Source: a virus. From it: a DNA stretch of 64,000 nucleotides. A program made the position numbers and the translations under genes. The notes under the pieces are model-generated. The model made no database searches and was not told where the DNA came from. It worked only from the letters and a program-made list of their open reading frames with translations. The stretch is from IMG/VR virus record IMGVR_UViG_3300045988_066710; one strand, given 5' to 3'. Below, one piece after another: positions 32,586 to 40,852 of this stretch (the first letter of the stretch is position 1; each line of letters starts with the position of its first letter).

Positions 32586-32625
32586 AGGAGTGTATTAACT
32601 ATCTAGTTAGTATACTCCTTTTTAT
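32586..32625 (+). terminator. intrinsic terminator
   Basis: Stem AGGAGTGTA(32586-94)/TATACTCCT(32611-19) followed by TTTTTAT. Confidence 0.65.
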
Positions 32626-32651
32626 ATTTAAGTATTTTAAATATTAAGCTT

Positions 32652-33107
32652 ATGTGTTTTATTAGGACAAAAGAAAGTAAATTATTAATAGCAAAAAGAG
32701 ATATTACAGTTTATAAAGTAGGAATATATGCAGATGTACAAATGTTTACACCATACTTTATGACTGATTATTGTTATAGAAGAAAAGCACTTGCTAATCA
32801 AACTGTAACATTTAATAAAAACTCTATTAACATAGGTTTACATAGTGTATTATCTTTAGAAGGTTGTTATGCATCATTAATTGGCTGTATACGTTTTTTC
32901 TCTAATGGAAGTCGCATTCCTTTTATTATTGTAAATGTTTTATGTAATCATGTTTATATAGGAAAATTTATTATTCCAAGAGATAGTTTATATATGGTTA
33001 ATTCTCATAATGAAGTAGTATCTAATAGGCTTATTTATACAGGTGAATTTAAACACATTAATAAGAATGAAGATTTTAATATTAAAGAATTATGGAAAGA
33101 AAAATAG
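32652..33107 (+). CDS. member 2 of the 'MC...' paralog family
   Basis: Carries MCFIRTK..AKRDITVYKV, NIGLHSV and FIIPRDSLYMVNSHNEVVSNRLIYTG. Confidence 0.6.
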   Translation: MCFIRTKESKLLIAKRDITVYKVGIYADVQMFTPYFMTDYCYRRKALANQTVTFNKNSINIGLHSVLSLEGCYASLIGCIRFFSNGSRIPFIIVNVLCNHVYIGKFIIPRDSLYMVNSHNEVVSNRLIYTGEFKHINKNEDFNIKELWKEK

Positions 33108-33706
33108 GTGAAATATTTACTTATAATGGTAAAATGTATCAGGTATCAAAATCTGATATATGTGAGAATTGTGCATTTAGAGAGAACGATTGTAGTATTC
33201 TTAGATCACGTATAGGTCTATGCATCTCTAGTATAAGAACTGATAAAACTAATGTAATATTTAAAGAAATAAATAATATGGAAATAAAAAATAATCAATT
33301 AACTATTAATATTCCTGAAGGAATGGAGATAGATACAGAGAATAGTAGTTTAGCTGAAGGAATAATTAAGTTTAAATCTAAGTGTATCACTTATAGTAAG
33401 ATAATTAATTCCTTTAATTCCATAACTAATACTAATGTTTATATACATAGTAGTGATATAAAGGCACTTAAAGCTATAGCACAATTAATGAATATTGCTA
33501 AATATTACAATGGAGATTGGAAGCCAGACTGGAGTAATCCAAGTGAATTTAAATATTTTATTGTATATAACAATAATACCTATATAGTAGATTATAATTG
33601 GGCATCTATTTATAATAAAATCTATTTTAAAAATAAAAAAGATGCTCAATCAGTGATAGATAATCCTAATTTTAGAGCTATTTTAAATGTCATTTATAAG
33701 AATTAA
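33092..33706 (+). CDS. hypothetical protein with Cys-rich N-terminus (204 aa)
   Basis: Carries a CENCAFRENDCS...GLC cluster. The C-terminal part contains GDWKPDWSNPSEFKYFIV. Confidence 0.5.
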   Translation: MERKIGEIFTYNGKMYQVSKSDICENCAFRENDCSILRSRIGLCISSIRTDKTNVIFKEINNMEIKNNQLTINIPEGMEIDTENSSLAEGIIKFKSKCITYSKIINSFNSITNTNVYIHSSDIKALKAIAQLMNIAKYYNGDWKPDWSNPSEFKYFIVYNNNTYIVDYNWASIYNKIYFKNKKDAQSVIDNPNFRAILNVIYKN

Positions 33707-33708
33707 TT

Positions 33709-34041
33709 ATGAAACATTTTTTATATCATATAATAGGAGAGGCTATATTAGTCTCTCTTCTTATATTTAGTACTACTTGTTTGTATCATCAATCACAAAT
33801 AATTAGTAAACAAAGAGAATTTATTAATGAATTACAATTTGAATATTATAAGTTAGAAGAATATAAAGAAGCTATTAGAGTAGCAGATATTATATTTGAT
33901 AACAATAATATATGGGATAAAGATAAATCTGAAATAATGAATGATTATATTAATATAAGATGTAATATTGATAGTATATTTTATGAAGGATTTCATAATA
34001 GTGCGTTGTTAGATAGTATATCTTATATGTATAATGAATAA
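33709..34041 (+). CDS. N-terminally anchored membrane protein (110 aa)
   Basis: Transmembrane segment IIGEAILVSLLIFSTTCLY. Confidence 0.5.
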   Translation: MKHFLYHIIGEAILVSLLIFSTTCLYHQSQIISKQREFINELQFEYYKLEEYKEAIRVADIIFDNNNIWDKDKSEIMNDYINIRCNIDSIFYEGFHNSALLDSISYMYNE

Positions 34042-34052
34042 ATTATATCTTT

Positions 34053-34448
34053 ATGGAAACATTAAAAGAATTAAGAGTTAAATATAAACAATTAAAGAAG
34101 GAAGGGGATGATATCTATAATAAAATTAAGATATTAGAAAAGAAAGAAATACTTTCTAATTTTGTTGTTGGAAATTGCTATTTTGATATTAATTTTAATA
34201 CTTTAATAAAAATTGTTGGAATAAGTAATAGCTATATATATTATATATGTACAGATGAAGATTATATCGGTAGAGATTCTTCTTATATATATGATATTAC
34301 AGGCTGGGTAAAAATTACATCAGAACAATTTAAAAAGGGATATCTTCTTGCATTAAAAAATATACAAGACCCAAATTGGGAGATTGTAAAAAAATATAAC
34401 TGGAGTGACTTTATTATAGAAATTAATAAAAGTATTAATAAAGAATGA
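34053..34448 (+). CDS. coiled-coil plus beta-rich domain protein, paralog of 35461..35937
   Basis: Shared layout: N-terminal coiled coil, then VGNCYF / VGDCFI, then I[T]xxQF. Confidence 0.5.
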   Translation: METLKELRVKYKQLKKEGDDIYNKIKILEKKEILSNFVVGNCYFDINFNTLIKIVGISNSYIYYICTDEDYIGRDSSYIYDITGWVKITSEQFKKGYLLALKNIQDPNWEIVKKYNWSDFIIEINKSINKE

Positions 34449-35458
34449 ATAACATGGAAACAAAAATAAACATAGCAACTATTTTAAAAAATAAACCAAA
34501 AGGTACTAAATTGTATTCTACTGTTCATGGAAAATGTACTTTTGAAGCCATAACAGATGAAATTTTTAAGATAAACTTCTGTACTTCAAAATTTGGTTTA
34601 ATGCAAGCTGGAGAATGTACCTTAATTAAATTTGGTAATATGTATGATGGCGGAGAATGTATTATCTTCCCATCTAAGGAAATGCGTGATTGGTCTAAGT
34701 TCCAATGGGAAAAAGGTGATGTACTGATAAGTAATGATGGAGGTACAGAAGTTATCTTTGATAAATGGTATGATGATACCTATACCAATTTCTATGGTAA
34801 GCATTATCTTAATAATGAAGATAAAAATAATATTAAGTATAGTGAAAATCTCCTTTGTACAACTGAAAGATATTCCCTTGAAGATAAGAATACTGCTCAG
34901 ACCTACATTAACATCATAGAGAAGCATTTGGGTGGCAAGCTCAATTTTGAAACTTTGGTAGTAGAAAAACATCAGCCAGAGTTCAAGGATGGGGATATAG
35001 CTTTTGCCGACTATGGTAATAGACAAGATGTATTTATAGTATCAGATAAAACTAATTTATCAGAAGGTTATAGCTCATTTATTTCTTTAGATTTAAGTAG
35101 TCTAACTTTGAGTATGGGCTATAGAACTTGTTTCTTTAAGAAAGACCTTTGTAAACTTCGCCTTGCCACTGACTCAGAGAAAAAACAGCTATTCTCAGCT
35201 CTCGAAAAGGAAGATAAGGTTTGGGATGCTGAGAAGAAAATGATTGTGAACTTGAAGCCAAAGGTAGAGCTGAAACCATTCGATAATGTGTTGGTTAGAC
35301 ATCAAAAAACTGAGGAATGGCGTGCAAATATATTTAGCCATACAGATAAGACAGATGAATATCTTGACTATGTATGTGTTAATGGTAGATGGGAGTTCTG
35401 CATCCCTTACGAAGGCAACGAATCATTGTTAGGTACAACTAAAGATGTGGAGGATTAA
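34445..35458 (+). CDS. hypothetical protein (337 aa)
   Basis: Long ORF. The C-terminal half looks visibly GC-richer by eye. Confidence 0.55.
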   Translation: MNNMETKINIATILKNKPKGTKLYSTVHGKCTFEAITDEIFKINFCTSKFGLMQAGECTLIKFGNMYDGGECIIFPSKEMRDWSKFQWEKGDVLISNDGGTEVIFDKWYDDTYTNFYGKHYLNNEDKNNIKYSENLLCTTERYSLEDKNTAQTYINIIEKHLGGKLNFETLVVEKHQPEFKDGDIAFADYGNRQDVFIVSDKTNLSEGYSSFISLDLSSLTLSMGYRTCFFKKDLCKLRLATDSEKKQLFSALEKEDKVWDAEKKMIVNLKPKVELKPFDNVLVRHQKTEEWRANIFSHTDKTDEYLDYVCVNGRWEFCIPYEGNESLLGTTKDVED

Positions 35459-35460
35459 AC

Positions 35461-35937
35461 ATGACAGAAAAAATAATAAAAGGAGAATTTGATAAATTAA
35501 AAGATAGATTATCTAATTTAGCTGCTACTTATGAAGATAAAGCTTATGATGATGCTATCAATAGACTATATAATAGGTTAGATGATTTATCTAAAGAAAA
35601 AGTTAAAATTCTTAATACAATAAAAAAGTTAGAAGCACAGAAATGTGTTAAGAATATTAAAGTAGGTGATTGCTTTATAGAAGAGGATACTAGTGAAACT
35701 ACTGAAATCTATCAAGTTCTTGATATAGAAGAAGAGGAAGTAGTAACTTGCTTAGTAGTAGAACGTTATAATATTTATAAAAATAGTTTTAAAGTTACTG
35801 ATGCTAAGTATTGGAAACCAATTACACGTAATCAATTTAATGCTTTATATCAGGCTGTATTAATAGATTTAAATGATTCTAAATATCATTTGGAACATAA
35901 TACAAACTGGGATAAAGAAATAAAGAACCTTTTATAA
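35461..35937 (+). CDS. paralog of 34053..34448 (158 aa)
   Basis: Same layout as 34053..34448. GGAGG lies 7 nt upstream of its ATG. Confidence 0.5.
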   Translation: MTEKIIKGEFDKLKDRLSNLAATYEDKAYDDAINRLYNRLDDLSKEKVKILNTIKKLEAQKCVKNIKVGDCFIEEDTSETTEIYQVLDIEEEEVVTCLVVERYNIYKNSFKVTDAKYWKPITRNQFNALYQAVLIDLNDSKYHLEHNTNWDKEIKNLL

Positions 35938-35949
35938 AATAAGTAATTT

Positions 35950-36162
35950 ATGGAAGATATTAATGCAGTAGTAACCTCATCTGGTGTATCACTTGAAGAA
36001 GTCTTAACTAAAGAAGTAGTTAAGGCGCTCAATGAAGAAGCTTCCATCTATATGAATTATGAAATCCCAGAAGTAAAGCTTGCTGGCAATCCTCCTAGTG
36101 GTAAAGAAAATCGCAGAACTAGAAGAAGGTCAGAACTTAGAAAAAAGAAAGGCAGATTATGA
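35950..36162 (+). CDS. small protein with Arg/Lys-rich tail (70 aa)
   Basis: C-terminal tail ENRRTRRRSELRKKKGRL. Confidence 0.45.
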   Translation: MEDINAVVTSSGVSLEEVLTKEVVKALNEEASIYMNYEIPEVKLAGNPPSGKENRRTRRRSELRKKKGRL

Positions 36163-36518
36163 TAGACGATGATAAGATTATAAAAGCTGCTAGTGAGCTT
36201 TGTGATTATGGTTCAATTCATGATAGTGAATATAGAATAGAAGGATTTAAAAAATGTGCTAAATGGATGCAAGAAGAGTTCTTAAAGGATTTGTGGCATC
36301 CTGCTAGCGAAATGCCTGATAAAAATAGAACATGCTTGGTAAGAGTTGTTTATCATCCTAATCATGGGATGTTTCAAGATGAAGAAAGAATAGAACAATC
36401 ATCTTTTCACGATTTTGGATGGTATGATTACGATTTCAAATATATTGGAACTAATTATGATATTATTAGCTGGCTCTATATTAGTGATTTACTTCCAAAG
36501 GAAGGAGGTGAACAATGA
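36159..36518 (+). CDS. DUF551-like phage protein
   Basis: WHPASEMPDKNRTCLVRV resembles the DUF551 W..xxxxP....vLv core. Confidence 0.35.
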   Translation: MIDDDKIIKAASELCDYGSIHDSEYRIEGFKKCAKWMQEEFLKDLWHPASEMPDKNRTCLVRVVYHPNHGMFQDEERIEQSSFHDFGWYDYDFKYIGTNYDIISWLYISDLLPKEGGEQ

Positions 36519-36772
36519 ATGCATTAGCAATTATTGGTTTTATTATAGTTACTATTGTAATAGTACTTTGTATAATTGAAATAAAAGAAGAAGGTAATAT
36601 TGTTCTATCTAAAGTGCTTTTAATTATTGCAATTATCGGGTTGTTATTTATTATAGTATCATATATAAGCAATGCTCCTACTGCCTTAGATGTATATAAA
36701 GGTAAGACAGAATTAAGAATTACTTATGAAGGTAAAACTCCTGTAGATTCGGTTGTAATTTATAAGAAATGA
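36515..36772 (+). CDS. two-TM membrane protein (85 aa)
   Basis: Hydrophobic N-terminal two-thirds. GGAGG lies 6 nt upstream. Confidence 0.5.
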   Translation: MNALAIIGFIIVTIVIVLCIIEIKEEGNIVLSKVLLIIAIIGLLFIIVSYISNAPTALDVYKGKTELRITYEGKTPVDSVVIYKK

Positions 36773-36780
36773 AATGAGTA

Positions 36781-36942
36781 ATGGAAATATTTACATTTGA
36801 CATTATGCTTAATGGAAGATTTATTTGTACTTTAAAATATAAATATAATTCAATCTTCCCTATTGATTTAGAAGAATTAGAAAAATTTATCTTAAATAAG
36901 AGACCTACTCTTAAAGGTAAAGATTTTAGAATTAAATTTTAA
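36781..36942 (+). CDS. micro-ORF (53 aa)
   Basis: Hand translation begins MEIFTFDIMLNGRFICTLKYKYNSIFPIDLEELEKFILNKRPTLKGKDFRIKF*. Confidence 0.35.
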   Translation: MEIFTFDIMLNGRFICTLKYKYNSIFPIDLEELEKFILNKRPTLKGKDFRIKF

Positions 36943-36947
36943 CAATT

Positions 36948-37112
36948 ATGAAAGTATTTAAATTATGTATTATTCTTGTTGCTTACTTATTAATAGGAGT
37001 ATTAGAAATATATAGTTACTATTTATTTAAAAATGATGCTATAGGAATCTTTACATTCTTTACTCTTCTTGGTTTTATATTAACATTTGGAATAGAAGTA
37101 TTAAATGAGTAG
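36948..37112 (+). CDS. micro-ORF, two-TM peptide (54 aa)
   Basis: Hand translation begins MKVFKLCIILVAYLLIGVLEIYSYYLF... Confidence 0.35.
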   Translation: MKVFKLCIILVAYLLIGVLEIYSYYLFKNDAIGIFTFFTLLGFILTFGIEVLNE

Positions 37113-37365
37113 AAAATTAATGAGTTTATTTTCAATACTAAATATGCAGTCTGCACTGGATTATCAAATGGGTGATGATTTTCCTTTTGGTTCTCCATGT
37201 ATTAGATTCAATGTACCAAAAGGAAATGTTCCTTCTGATAAACAAAAGTGTCAGCCAAAAGCACAACATGAGTTTATTATTAAAGGTATGAAGATTACAG
37301 CAGCTTCTAAGAAAGATGCTATTAAAAAGTATAATCATAGAAAGAATCAAGCAAATACCTTTTAA
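37105..37365 (+). CDS. hypothetical protein (86 aa)
   Basis: ORF in the array. Confidence 0.45.
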   Translation: MSRKLMSLFSILNMQSALDYQMGDDFPFGSPCIRFNVPKGNVPSDKQKCQPKAQHEFIIKGMKITAASKKDAIKKYNHRKNQANTF

Positions 37366-37573
37366 AAGTAAAGATGGTAGCTTATATGTCTGTGGTAATT
37401 GTAAACATAGATGTGTATGGTATTCTGATATAGGATTATGTTGTGAATATAATGAAGACCCTGTAATAAAAACAGACAAAAGAGATAAAAGAGCCTTTAT
37501 TTGTTCTCATTTCTCCTTTATAGGAGATGAACAAAGAGAGGCTCTTTTAAGGAGTTTAAATTTATTAAAATAA
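37316..37573 (+). CDS. Cys-rich (zinc-binding?) protein (85 aa)
   Basis: Carries CGNCKHRC..CCEY..CSHF. The 50-nt overlap with the upstream ORF lowers confidence in the start. Confidence 0.4.
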   Translation: MLLKSIIIERIKQIPFKSKDGSLYVCGNCKHRCVWYSDIGLCCEYNEDPVIKTDKRDKRAFICSHFSFIGDEQREALLRSLNLLK

Positions 37574-37580
37574 TCATTGT

Positions 37581-37955
37581 ATGAAAAAATATATCACTGG
37601 TGATTTATTACATTATAAAATATGTAATGCTAAATATTTAATAGAAGTAACTAATACTTCAAAGCATGGATATTGTTTTAAAGGAGTTAAAGATGATTTT
37701 AATGGAGTTATCTGTGATGAATTTATTGAAGATATACCTCTTACTCCAGAAATTCTTGAAAAAAATGGATGGAAGAAAGATAAAGATGGTTATTTTAATG
37801 ATTCTTACCATATAAGACTTTGTGAAAGTAGTACTAATTATGCTGCTTATAAAGTAGTAAATAAGTCTATTGTATGGTTAAGAGCTGTAGAAAATGTTCC
37901 TGATTTACAACATCTTTTATTTGGTCTTGATATTTCTTTAAAAATAGAAGTATAA
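37581..37955 (+). CDS. hypothetical protein (124 aa)
   Basis: ORF in the array. Confidence 0.5.
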   Translation: MKKYITGDLLHYKICNAKYLIEVTNTSKHGYCFKGVKDDFNGVICDEFIEDIPLTPEILEKNGWKKDKDGYFNDSYHIRLCESSTNYAAYKVVNKSIVWLRAVENVPDLQHLLFGLDISLKIEV

Positions 37956-38320
37956 TGGAAATGGAAAGTATAGAATTTTATAAATGGGAAAAACAAAAAG
38001 CACTTATTATTAAATACAATACAGTAGACCCATATAATGAGATTTATTTTGCACATTATATTCCCTTTCAACAAATAACAAAAAGTGGATTCAGTTCTTC
38101 TGATTTTGATATTTTTGAAGAAACTAAGTATGATTTTATAATAAATTGTCCAAGAATTTGTAAGGAATATAAGATTGTTGTTTCAAAAGTTCAAATAAAG
38201 AAAATTACTATTAAAGAACCTAAAGAGTTATTTGATATTCTTTCTTATATTGAAAACTTTAATGAAGAAGCAAAAACTAGGATTAATAAAATTATACATA
38301 CGTATTTAAATATTTCATAA
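37955..38320 (+). CDS. hypothetical protein (121 aa)
   Basis: ORF whose start overlaps the upstream stop. Confidence 0.5.
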   Translation: MEMESIEFYKWEKQKALIIKYNTVDPYNEIYFAHYIPFQQITKSGFSSSDFDIFEETKYDFIINCPRICKEYKIVVSKVQIKKITIKEPKELFDILSYIENFNEEAKTRINKIIHTYLNIS

Positions 38321-38321
38321 T

Positions 38322-38465
38322 ATGAATATAAGGGAAGTTACAAAAATATTATTTAAAATTAGAAGTAATCTTATTGACCCTAAACAAAAACATGCTATTT
38401 GGGTAGCAATTAAAGCTATTAAGTATTGTAGTATAATAACTAAATCAATTAAAAATAATGAATAA
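38322..38465 (+). CDS. micro-ORF (47 aa)
   Basis: Hand translation gives MNIREVTKILFKIRSNLIDPKQKHAIWVAIKAIKYCSIITKSIKNNE*. Confidence 0.35.
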   Translation: MNIREVTKILFKIRSNLIDPKQKHAIWVAIKAIKYCSIITKSIKNNE

Positions 38466-38732
38466 AAATATAGAAAGAAACCAGTTACCATTAAAGCTAT
38501 TATAAAGCAGTTAAGCTAACCGCCTTCTGGCATAAAAGATAGAATATGACAGTAGAAGAATTAATTAACGAATTATCAAAGGTAGAGGATAAGACTATGG
38601 AAGTTTACTTTCCTTATTCTCATGGAACACAAGAAAACGGAGAGCCTCTAAGTATAGCTGAAGTATCTGTGTACAATGATTGTGTTATAATTTATGATTA
38701 ACCATCCTGCAAAGGATATAAACAAATAGATT

Positions 38733-39125
38733 ATGATTAAAGAAGTTCCAAATCCTACATTAGAATGTATAGGATGTATATTTAAAGATGCACTTCAATG
38801 TCTTAGCATGCCTTGTTTTGCAGATAAAAACAATCCAATTAAATACATTGAAGTAAACGAAGACATAAATGAGAATAATATGAATAAAAAAGTAAGTGAA
38901 TTTGTGCGTAAGTATGTTGAGGAACACTTAGATAAGAGTGACCCAAAACAAGAGTTTGAAGTGTTTGTAGTATGGCAGTGCTACATTCTTGGTAATACAA
39001 AGTGGCTTCTTTCAACAACACTACCTGATGGTATGTACTATGAGGTAACATACAACAAAGCTAAAGACGAGTTTTATCTTGATGCTTACAAGAAATTTGA
39101 GAATCGTTGCATTCAAAACAAGTAA
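38733..39125 (+). CDS. N4 gp49 / Sf6 gp66-family-like phage protein
   Basis: FEVFVVWQCYILGNTKWLLSTTLPDGMYYEVTYNKAKDEFYLDAYKK resembles that family's core as I recall it. Confidence 0.4.
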   Translation: MIKEVPNPTLECIGCIFKDALQCLSMPCFADKNNPIKYIEVNEDINENNMNKKVSEFVRKYVEEHLDKSDPKQEFEVFVVWQCYILGNTKWLLSTTLPDGMYYEVTYNKAKDEFYLDAYKKFENRCIQNK

Positions 39126-39160
39126 CTAATCAATTTTTACGAGATATAAATATAAATAAT

Positions 39161-39340
39161 ATGGAAGATAAAGATATTATGTCAGAGTTAAAATTGGAAT
39201 ATAGAAACAATATTGTATATTTTAATGGGTTAAAGATTAATGCTTATACAGCAGAAGGAATGCGATTGATAAGCAACCTTCTTAAAAAGGGATTATACAA
39301 AATTGGAAAAGAATTGGAGAATATTTCTAACTCTAAGTAA
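39161..39340 (+). CDS. hypothetical protein (59 aa from first ATG)
   Basis: The ORF-track start at 39107 is a TTG inside the previous gene, so the ORF is trimmed to the ATG at 39161. Confidence 0.4.
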   Translation: MEDKDIMSELKLEYRNNIVYFNGLKINAYTAEGMRLISNLLKKGLYKIGKELENISNSK

Positions 39341-39386
39341 CTAACCACCCTCTTCTGTAAAAGGGAGATAGTAAAAAGAAGAGAAT

Positions 39387-39572
39387 ATGTTTTGGATATT
39401 TATGTCAGGATTAATGTGCTCTATATGCTCATTTGCTATAGGTACGTTATACGTAATGAAAGATGTTAGAGACAGAAAGTTGGTGTTACCAATTTATGTT
39501 ATTCTAGGTTTTTGTGGCTTGTGTATAATGCTTCTATACACAATGGCTATTCAAGGAAGGGTTAATGTTTAA
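39387..39572 (+). CDS. two-TM small membrane protein (61 aa)
   Basis: Hydrophobic ORF. Its 19-nt leader is identical to that of 39861..40169. Confidence 0.45.
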   Translation: MFWIFMSGLMCSICSFAIGTLYVMKDVRDRKLVLPIYVILGFCGLCIMLLYTMAIQGRVNV

Positions 39573-39590
39573 TAAACAAAAGAAAAGAAT

Positions 39591-39839
39591 ATGAGATTAA
39601 GTGAATTTAAAGCAGGTACTATCTTAGTTGATGGTGATGACAAGGTGTTTATCCATGATGGCTTCATCAATGCTGATGGATATGGTGTAATTATCGGTGA
39701 GGATTCTGATGGAATGATTCAGAAATCCAATGGTATTGGCAATTGGATGAAAGAAGGTATTTATCGTGAAGCTACAAGAGAAGAAATACAAAATTTCTTT
39801 GCCAAGATTCGTAAGACACAGAAGATTATCAATTACTAA
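39591..39839 (+). CDS. hypothetical protein (82 aa)
   Basis: ORF in the array. Confidence 0.5.
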   Translation: MRLSEFKAGTILVDGDDKVFIHDGFINADGYGVIIGEDSDGMIQKSNGIGNWMKEGIYREATREEIQNFFAKIRKTQKIINY

Positions 39840-39860
39840 GGAGGGTAAAAAGAAGAGAAT

Positions 39861-40169
39861 ATGGCAGATATAGAATTTGGAAAGTGTGATATTTGTGGCA
39901 AAGAGGCTGCTTTATCACGTACATATTTTAAATACAGAATAGGTAGTTGTGAGTGTTGTGGAAGCAAATTGCGTGATGGCTCAAATGGACATTTTGAGGT
40001 TGTGCATCATTGCAATAAATGTGTTCCTCATTTACCTACTGTTATTCATCCTTTATTAAAGGCTTTAGATGGTAAAGTTTATAGAGCAAATATTACTAAC
40101 GTTTTACCATTTGAAATTGAAGGTAATTTCATTATCGAAGAACCAGTAATTGTGGAGGATAAGCAATGA
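39861..40169 (+). CDS. zinc-ribbon protein (102 aa)
   Basis: Cys motifs CDICGK...CECCGS...HHCNKC. Confidence 0.5.
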   Translation: MADIEFGKCDICGKEAALSRTYFKYRIGSCECCGSKLRDGSNGHFEVVHHCNKCVPHLPTVIHPLLKALDGKVYRANITNVLPFEIEGNFIIEEPVIVEDKQ

Positions 40170-40531
40170 ATAAAGTAAATGTCAAAGAGTCTCTTTTAGA
40201 GGTTGTTAATGGCAACAACTTAGAGATACTTAAAATAGATTTATGCAATGATGAAGAATCTTTTGCTAGGTCTTATAACAGAGAAAGAGACGAGTATTGT
40301 AAAACTTATACTACTCTAAAGGACTTAGATTTTGAGGTAGAATTTATCTTTATGTATGATGTAGTTCGTGGTATGGTTTATTGTCAAGATAAAGATACTA
40401 AAGAACCAGTATGGATTGTATCTAGTGGTGATGAAGGAGGTTCTTGGTGGGAAGTCAATAGAGTTCCAGACTTTTATAAAAATCAATTTAAAAAGTTAGA
40501 GGATGATACAAAAGCAGACATGGAAGGATGA
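40166..40531 (+). CDS. hypothetical protein (121 aa)
   Basis: ORF with GGAGG 7 nt upstream. Confidence 0.5.
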   Translation: MNKVNVKESLLEVVNGNNLEILKIDLCNDEESFARSYNRERDEYCKTYTTLKDLDFEVEFIFMYDVVRGMVYCQDKDTKEPVWIVSSGDEGGSWWEVNRVPDFYKNQFKKLEDDTKADMEG

Positions 40532-40850
40532 AATCAGAATTTTAATAACTGATGAAGAAAATCTCAGTTCGGTTCAAATATTTATTCCATTATATGTTAG
40601 TAATCTTTTCGGCAAAGCTGATGCTCTAATATATGCACTCTTTGTAGATAATAATCATAGAAGAAAGGGTGTCGCACAACACTTATTGCAACTAGCAGAA
40701 CAACAAGCTAAGTTGAATGGAGTGAAGGTAATCGGATTAGAATTTGTTAAAGAAGAATCTGATGAATTTGTTCTAGATTGGTATCTCCGTAGTGGTTATA
40801 AACTATTTGATAAGAAAAGTAATTTATTAATTAAAAAGTTGGAGGATTGA
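40503..40850 (+). CDS. GNAT-family N-acetyltransferase
   Basis: FVDNNHRRKGVAQHLLQLAEQQAKLNGVKVIGLEF matches the acetyl-CoA-binding motif A (R/Q-x-x-G-x-G/A). Confidence 0.6.
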   Translation: MIQKQTWKDEIRILITDEENLSSVQIFIPLYVSNLFGKADALIYALFVDNNHRRKGVAQHLLQLAEQQAKLNGVKVIGLEFVKEESDEFVLDWYLRSGYKLFDKKSNLLIKKLED

Positions 40851-40852
40851 TT

